Of a stretch of DNA of 58,635 nt, positions 53,659 through 58,635 are shown piece by piece (the stretch's first letter is position 1; each line of letters opens with the position of its first letter). Origin of the DNA: a virus. Lineage: Duplodnaviria > Caudoviricetes. The DNA lies in the IMG/VR virus record IMGVR_UViG_3300030380_002200, positions 1-58,635 of that record; one strand, 5' to 3'. The position numbers and the translations under genes were made by a program. The notes beneath the pieces are model-generated. The model saw only the letters and a program-made list of their open reading frames with translations, was not told the DNA's origin and did not search any database.

Positions 53659-53943
53659 ATGCAGAAGTATCTACAATTTTCAGACAGTGCAGGTCAGGAG
53701 CACCTCGTTAATCTGAATCACATTTCGTTGGTTAACTCGGCATCGGCCACACAAACTGATGTCAGGTATTTCAATACCGAGCTAAACGCAGACGTAAACA
53801 TTTCTCATGGAACCGACACGACTACTGACGAGTTTCAGGAGTATTTCTTGGAGCAGATGAGAAAGTGCTTGGCTTCCGATTGGAAGAAGCCCGTGCTTGT
53901 GTGTGAACCACCTGTTGCTATTGCAGTAACCACAATCGCATAA
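53659..53943 (+). CDS. Tandem paralog array member 2 (subtype B)
   Basis: MQKYLQF...FQEYFLEQM...SDWKKP...PP. Confidence 0.75.
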   Translation: MQKYLQFSDSAGQEHLVNLNHISLVNSASATQTDVRYFNTELNADVNISHGTDTTTDEFQEYFLEQMRKCLASDWKKPVLVCEPPVAIAVTTIA

Positions 53944-54263
53944 TGGATATGACTAAGTACCTAAAAATTACAGGAGTTGGTGGGACAACAAACACTGTTA
54001 TCCCTTGTAATGACCTGTTCAGAATCACTGTTGACACATCAGGCGCTCTTACAGCAGTTGATTTGAGATACTTCGATACTGATGCTGATGCTTTTGCTGT
54101 GGTTCTACAGACTTTGGCTACTACAGCAGAAAAAATTACAGAACAAGCTAACTTCATTGCTGACAAAATTGTAGAAGCATTGCAGCTTCCATACGAACAG
54201 CCCATGCTTGAGATTTCTGCTGATGGCTTCCCTTCACCGCTTACCTCAATCTCAGTTTCGTAA
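53943..54263 (+). CDS. Tandem paralog array member 3 (subtype A)
   Basis: TKYLKITG...QANFIADKIV...PYEQP...GFP. Confidence 0.75.
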   Translation: MDMTKYLKITGVGGTTNTVIPCNDLFRITVDTSGALTAVDLRYFDTDADAFAVVLQTLATTAEKITEQANFIADKIVEALQLPYEQPMLEISADGFPSPLTSISVS

Positions 54264-54265
54264 TC

Positions 54266-54589
54266 ATGCAGAAGTACCTTAAAATTACCGGACTTACATC
54301 GGGGAGCAATACAGAGTCTGTTGTGCCTGTTTTCCAAGTAGCACAAGTCATTAAGGACGGTGCAGGGCCGGACTTTAACATTGTTCTGTTAAGAAATTTT
54401 TCTAGCCACTCAAGTGGAGATATTGTCAACATTCTTCATGCTAATGGCACAGCAGCAGAAAATATCGAGATGGTGAACTTTATCTCTGACCTCATTGTAA
54501 AGGTTCAACAGCAGTCGTACACCAAGCCTTACCTTGAGATTGCTGCAACAGACTTTCCCTCAACAGTAACTAACGTAACTGTAAACTAA
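54266..54589 (+). CDS. Tandem paralog array member 4 (subtype A)
   Basis: MQKYLKITG...VNFISDLIV...SYTKP...DFP. Confidence 0.75.
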   Translation: MQKYLKITGLTSGSNTESVVPVFQVAQVIKDGAGPDFNIVLLRNFSSHSSGDIVNILHANGTAAENIEMVNFISDLIVKVQQQSYTKPYLEIAATDFPSTVTNVTVN

Positions 54590-54594
54590 GAGTC

Positions 54595-54879
54595 ATGGAA
54601 AAGTTTATTACTATCACAGACACCACGACGGGTCAGAAGCGCCTTATTGATTTGACTAGAATTGCAGGATTTTCCTCGACGTCTACTCAGCTTACTATCG
54701 AATATCTTCATCCTTCTGCGGACAACGCTGCGACTTATGTAATCACACATGATACCGCACCCAATAGTGGGGCGTTTAGAACATGGTTTGTTGACCAAAT
54801 GGAGGTTATTCTCGCAACGGATTGGAAGCACGTCACTGCCGAGCCTACACCACCATATAAAGTAACCAATATTACTTAA
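54595..54879 (+). CDS. Tandem paralog array member 5 (subtype B)
   Basis: MEKFITI...ITHDTAPN..AFRTWFVDQME...DW...PTPPY. Confidence 0.75.
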   Translation: MEKFITITDTTTGQKRLIDLTRIAGFSSTSTQLTIEYLHPSADNAATYVITHDTAPNSGAFRTWFVDQMEVILATDWKHVTAEPTPPYKVTNIT

Positions 54880-54883
54880 AGTC

Positions 54884-55180
54884 ATGACAAAGTATCTTCG
54901 CATTCTAAACGCAGATGGGCAGCAGTACCTTATTGACGTGACTAAGGTTTTAGGGTTTGACAGCACCACGGCTTCTACCACTGAAATGACCATTATTTAT
55001 AGACCTATTACAGGCAATAATGATTTGAGGATTAAAATCACACACGCTACTGCTCCTAACGCTTACGTTTTTCAAAATTGGTTTGTTAGCCAAATGGAAA
55101 GCATTTTGTCACGCAATTGGAGAGAAGTCGTAGAAAGCCCTACGCCTCCCTATGCGGTGACAGCAATCACTAATGTCTAA
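54884..55180 (+). CDS. Tandem paralog array member 6 (subtype B)
   Basis: MTKYLRI...ITHATAPN..VFQNWFVSQME...NW...PTPPY. Confidence 0.75.
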   Translation: MTKYLRILNADGQQYLIDVTKVLGFDSTTASTTEMTIIYRPITGNNDLRIKITHATAPNAYVFQNWFVSQMESILSRNWREVVESPTPPYAVTAITNV

Positions 55181-55186
55181 GAAAAT

Positions 55187-55576
55187 ATGAGCGACTACAA
55201 ATACATCAAAGTAACCAACCTTTCTCCCTCTTTTGGACAGACGGAGAGGTTGGCTCCTGCATATAACTTGTGGAAACCTATTTATGATTCTACCTCTCCA
55301 TTTGCAGATTTTTCTATCCGCATGATTGTTAACGACGCTAGTACAAAGGATATTGCCTTTATAGTGAAAGGGCCGGATGGAACAACCAACTTTACTGATA
55401 CAGGAGCAGTGGGATACACCGAGCAGGATTATTACAATTTTACTAAGGAGATTCTAAACAAGTTCTTTGAGACAGCAGCAAACAGCACTGACCAAGTAAC
55501 TGTAGTTAGAGCAGGGGTAAATGGAGACATTGGGCCTAAGTTGGGAACCATTACAGCAGTATCAATAGCATCATGA
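55187..55576 (+). CDS. Tandem paralog array member 7 (divergent)
   Basis: YKYIKVT N-terminus and a late helix NFTKEIL. Confidence 0.6.
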   Translation: MSDYKYIKVTNLSPSFGQTERLAPAYNLWKPIYDSTSPFADFSIRMIVNDASTKDIAFIVKGPDGTTNFTDTGAVGYTEQDYYNFTKEILNKFFETAANSTDQVTVVRAGVNGDIGPKLGTITAVSIAS

Positions 55577-55887
55577 TGAACGAAAAATACCTTTACTTCG
55601 ATGGCCTTGGAGAAGGCGGAGACGCAGCTATCTCAGCTCGTTGGTATATCCGCGCATCCGATGTTGTCAGCGTGATTGCGAATGGTAATACTTCTTTTAT
55701 TATCACCTACTCGGTATCTGAATCCTCTACAGATACCTTAGAAGTCTTTCACACAGCCAATGTAGCAGGCAACCCTGTTGCTGCAGAGCAAGTAGCACAG
55801 CAGATTTTGGATGTGCAAAACACCTCTTACACAGATGGGTTGCGAGAAATTAAGCTCGCGGGAGGACAAACCCTGAGTTATATCTAA
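55573..55887 (+). CDS. Tandem paralog array member 8 (divergent, subtype A-like)
   Basis: EKYLYF...ITY...VFH...QILDVQNTSYT. Confidence 0.65.
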   Translation: MMNEKYLYFDGLGEGGDAAISARWYIRASDVVSVIANGNTSFIITYSVSESSTDTLEVFHTANVAGNPVAAEQVAQQILDVQNTSYTDGLREIKLAGGQTLSYI

Positions 55888-55908
55888 GAGATATATCCTA
55901 CTACAGAA

Positions 55909-55937
55909 AGAGAGGGGCAATAGCCCCTCTTTTTTTT
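55909..55937 (+). terminator. Rho-independent terminator
   Basis: AGAGGGGC-AATA-GCCCCTCT followed by a T run. Confidence 0.85.
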
Positions 55938-55952
55938 GGCTATCTTTGTAGC

Positions 55953-56276
55953 ATGAACGGGCTAATTAGAATACGCAGCACAGTCGACTCTGATTTGTAC
56001 ATACCTGTAAACTCAATTAAGGAAGTAGCTCGAACAAGTGTATCAGAAATCAGTATCATTACAGAGCCTGTTTTTATGAATAGGTCGGGCACGTTTAATG
56101 CACCCGGATATGTGCTTGGGGAGGCCACTCCGGGGGCAGGTCTTTTAGACACAAACAATGTACAGGCTATTATTGACGCATGGACTTCAGTGCTACGCGG
56201 TCAACAGTCTATTGCTACGGTTAATTTTTCATTTCCTATCAGAAGCGTGACTCGCGCCATGATTGCATGGCCTTAA
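55953..56276 (+). CDS. Hypothetical protein, possibly a distant member of the paralog family
   Basis: 107 aa; own -7 element TATCTTTG at 55941, 4 nt before the ATG. Confidence 0.6.
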   Translation: MNGLIRIRSTVDSDLYIPVNSIKEVARTSVSEISIITEPVFMNRSGTFNAPGYVLGEATPGAGLLDTNNVQAIIDAWTSVLRGQQSIATVNFSFPIRSVTRAMIAWP

Positions 56277-56326
56277 TCCAAAAGCCCTCTGCTTTTTAAT
56301 TCCGTATCTTTGCCTAAAACAAGGCA

Positions 56327-57298
56327 ATGATTAACTCAGTCAGACAATCTGTTCTGTCTGTGCTAAACAAGAATAACTACGGTTATCTCTCACCTGCTGA
56401 CTTCAATCTATTTGCAAAGCAGGCGCAGTTAGATATTTTCGAAAGTTATTTTTCTCAGTACAACTCTCAGATAAACAAGGAAAACGCTCGTCAGTCAGGC
56501 ACGGGCCTTGCTAACTTGTCTAAGAGCATCGAGGAGTCAATGGACTTGTTCTCGATGACCCGTGGCCTCAACCTTGATGCTACCACAGCGGGACAGTATT
56601 TGATGCCTTCAGCGACCACTACGGGCAGCGATTACTACTATGTCAACAAGGTTCTTGTGTACAAGACCACCTTGACTGCAGGGACAACCACAGGATTTAC
56701 AACGGGTACATTTGATGTGCTGACTGATAGTGGAGCTACATTTTCGTTAAACAGCATCAGTGCAGGAGATATTGTGGCTGTTCAAACTGCAACACAAGGT
56801 GTGCAGTATTTGACCGTTGAGGCAGTAACAAACAATAACAACATCACTGTATCGGGAGATGTGCTTAATGCCGCAGGCTTTCAATACACGATTATCAGTC
56901 AGATTGCACAGCAGAACGAAGCGGAAAAGGTGACGCATAGCAAGATTACTATGCTGAACAACTCTATCTATACTGCTCCCACTATTGAGTACCCTGCCTA
57001 CACGTCAGAAGAGGCGTCTATGCAGGTATTTCCAAGCGCAAACATGACAGCGGGCAGAGTGATTGCTCAATACTTTAGATATCCTCGCGACCCGAATTGG
57101 ACGTATATAACTCTTGCGGGAGGTGAGCCTGTGTTCAACCAAACAGACGCCGACTTCCAAGACTTTGAGATTCCTCTTGATGATGAGAACAACCTCACCA
57201 TGAAGATTCTACAGTATGCAGGTGTTACTATTAGAGAGCCTGAAGTGTTTGGCTTTGCTGCAGGTGAGGAGGGTAAAGAACAGCAAAAAGAAGCATAA
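56327..57298 (+). CDS. Putative tail ring/adaptor protein
   Basis: INSVRQSVLSVLNKNNYGYLSPADFNLFAKQAQ, Y.RYP.DP.W; -7 element at 56305; precedes the nozzle gene. Confidence 0.65.
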   Translation: MINSVRQSVLSVLNKNNYGYLSPADFNLFAKQAQLDIFESYFSQYNSQINKENARQSGTGLANLSKSIEESMDLFSMTRGLNLDATTAGQYLMPSATTTGSDYYYVNKVLVYKTTLTAGTTTGFTTGTFDVLTDSGATFSLNSISAGDIVAVQTATQGVQYLTVEAVTNNNNITVSGDVLNAAGFQYTIISQIAQQNEAEKVTHSKITMLNNSIYTAPTIEYPAYTSEEASMQVFPSANMTAGRVIAQYFRYPRDPNWTYITLAGGEPVFNQTDADFQDFEIPLDDENNLTMKILQYAGVTIREPEVFGFAAGEEGKEQQKEA

Positions 57299-58227
57299 TG
57301 GCATACATCAATCAGTTTCAGTATTACGAGAACGGGGGAGGTAATCCTGAAGGAGCCAATTGGGGTTCTTATCAGTACGTTTCTCTGTACGACATTGTCA
57401 ACAATTTTATGTTGATGTATGCAGGCAACCACAACCTTGTGAACAACGAAGAAAGGTTCAAGGTGTTGTTTCACGCCAAGCGTGCCATTCAGGAACTGAA
57501 CTATGATGCATTCAAGGAGGTCAAGGTTCTTCAGCTTACGATTACTGACCAATACAGGTTTATCCTGCCGTCTGACTTCGTGAATTGGATTAGAATCTCC
57601 GTTTACAAAAACGGATGTCTATACCCTATGACTGAAAACATTCAGGTCAATTATGCTGAGGCTTACTTGCAAGACAATAACGAACGCATCTTGTTTGATG
57701 TGGATGGCAATGCTCTGTCACCTGAGTTTTCAGACCTTGACTTTGATAGGATTACAGGAGCAAAGAAAGACATCTACTTGAACACAGGTCACCCATTTGA
57801 TGGCTACGAAGCCTACTTCTATATGGGTAACTATTATTTCACCACTCCTTTTGGCGGAGCGTGGTATTCGCTAAATACAGAAACAGCCAACGCCAACCCA
57901 ACTTTTGCCATAGACCGCACTTCAGGGGTAATCAACTTCGGAACTGAGATTGGGGCAGGAGCATCAGTGGTTCTTGAGTACGTTTCTGATGGCATGGAAA
58001 ATGGTGATGACAGCAAGGTGCATGTCAACAAGCTGTTCGAAGACTTTGTGTACGCATACATTGAATATGCTATCCTAAACAGTAAGCTAGGCGTACAGGA
58101 GTACATCGTATCTCGTGCAAGAAAAAGAAAAGGTGCGCTCTTGCGTAACGCTAAAATCAGAATCAGTAATATCCATCCCGGCAGATTGTTGATGAGCATG
58201 CGCGGAAAGGATAAGTGGATTAAGTAA
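57298..58227 (+). CDS. Putative tail ring/adaptor protein
   Basis: VLFHAKRAIQELNYD, LPSDFVNWIRIS, VLEYVSDG; TAATG-coupled on both sides. Confidence 0.65.
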   Translation: MAYINQFQYYENGGGNPEGANWGSYQYVSLYDIVNNFMLMYAGNHNLVNNEERFKVLFHAKRAIQELNYDAFKEVKVLQLTITDQYRFILPSDFVNWIRISVYKNGCLYPMTENIQVNYAEAYLQDNNERILFDVDGNALSPEFSDLDFDRITGAKKDIYLNTGHPFDGYEAYFYMGNYYFTTPFGGAWYSLNTETANANPTFAIDRTSGVINFGTEIGAGASVVLEYVSDGMENGDDSKVHVNKLFEDFVYAYIEYAILNSKLGVQEYIVSRARKRKGALLRNAKIRISNIHPGRLLMSMRGKDKWIK

Positions 58228-58635
58228 TGGCAAAGGACTTAAGGACATTTACCAAGGGTAAAATGAATAAGGAACTTGATGAACGTCTTGTTCCTGATGG
58301 CGAGTACACTGATGCGTTGAATATCCGAGTCGGGTCTACCGAGGAGGATGAGATGGGTGTGATTGAAACAACTCTTGGCAATACGCAGCTTACCACCCTT
58401 CAAGTTCAAGAAACCACATTAAGCGTATCGGCAGCATGTATCGGTGTGCTTGAGGATAGCTCAACAGAGACTATCTATTGGTTTGTGCATGACCCTGCAT
58501 TTACAGCGTCAAGCAATACGGGAAAGCTCGACCTTATTGTGTCGTTTAATACGAGCACTCAGGTTACTACCTACCATGTCATTAGTATGGATGATGGTGG
58601 TGGTGTTAATACTACGCTGAACTTTAGCACCTCAA
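58227..58635 (+). CDS. Tail stabilization/nozzle protein, 5' part (continues at position 1)
   Basis: MAKDLRTFTKGKMNKELDERLVPDGEYTDALNIRV...; no stop before the contig end, in frame with 1..5274. Confidence 0.8.
   Translation, partial: MAKDLRTFTKGKMNKELDERLVPDGEYTDALNIRVGSTEEDEMGVIETTLGNTQLTTLQVQETTLSVSAACIGVLEDSSTETIYWFVHDPAFTASSNTGKLDLIVSFNTSTQVTTYHVISMDDGGGVNTTLNFSTS
58536..58635. repeat. Terminal overlap, copy 2
   Basis: Matches 1..100. Confidence 0.95.

Noticed and set aside
39886-55887. Diversity-generating retroelement behind the paralog arrays or the adhesin
   Set aside because: No reverse transcriptase, and no near-identical repeat pair differing only at adenines, was seen.
242-58199. 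Numerous short antisense or out-of-frame ORFs nested in long genes
   Set aside because: They are shadow ORFs with no motifs or expression signals, overlapping well-supported CDSs.
58536-58635. 100-nt terminal repeat as a biological direct terminal repeat
   Set aside because: It falls in the middle of the tail gene and its length is typical of an assembler overlap. It shows circularity, not the virion ends.

Overview
The window is an apparently complete, circularly assembled genome (about 58,535 bp; the last 100 nt repeat the first 100 nt with one mismatch) of a tailed, podovirus-like phage. The host is inferred to be a Bacteroidota/Flavobacteriia bacterium from the many TAnnTTTG promoters and the crAss-/Cellulophaga-phage-like virion module. 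There are two arms. The minus-strand early/replication arm (about 18.2-33.9 kb) carries an amidoligase, a GATase-GGCT fusion, a Sak annealase, an exonuclease, a primase-helicase, an SF2 helicase, VRR-NUC, a phosphoesterase and two DnaA-domain-IV-like proteins. The plus-strand late arm (34.4 kb through the origin to 18.1 kb) carries GroEL/GroES, small basic proteins, lysis genes, terminase, portal, capsid, tail and ejection proteins. I recognised no DNA polymerase, RNA polymerase or integrase. The most striking signals are non-coding. (i) A degenerate 16-bp palindrome, GTGTCYTYRARGACAC, occurs at 16 sites, six of them inside genes and in all three reading frames; it is about 1 kb apart in the early arm and about 6-11 kb apart in the late arm. 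(ii) A textbook type III hammerhead ribozyme, a tRNA-like element and a long hairpin each sit next to one of these palindromes between early genes. (iii) Two copies of an iteron/AT-rich origin-like module are present. (iv) An operon of eight tandem paralogous small genes follows the capsid genes. All calls come from reading the sequence by eye; no database searches were run.
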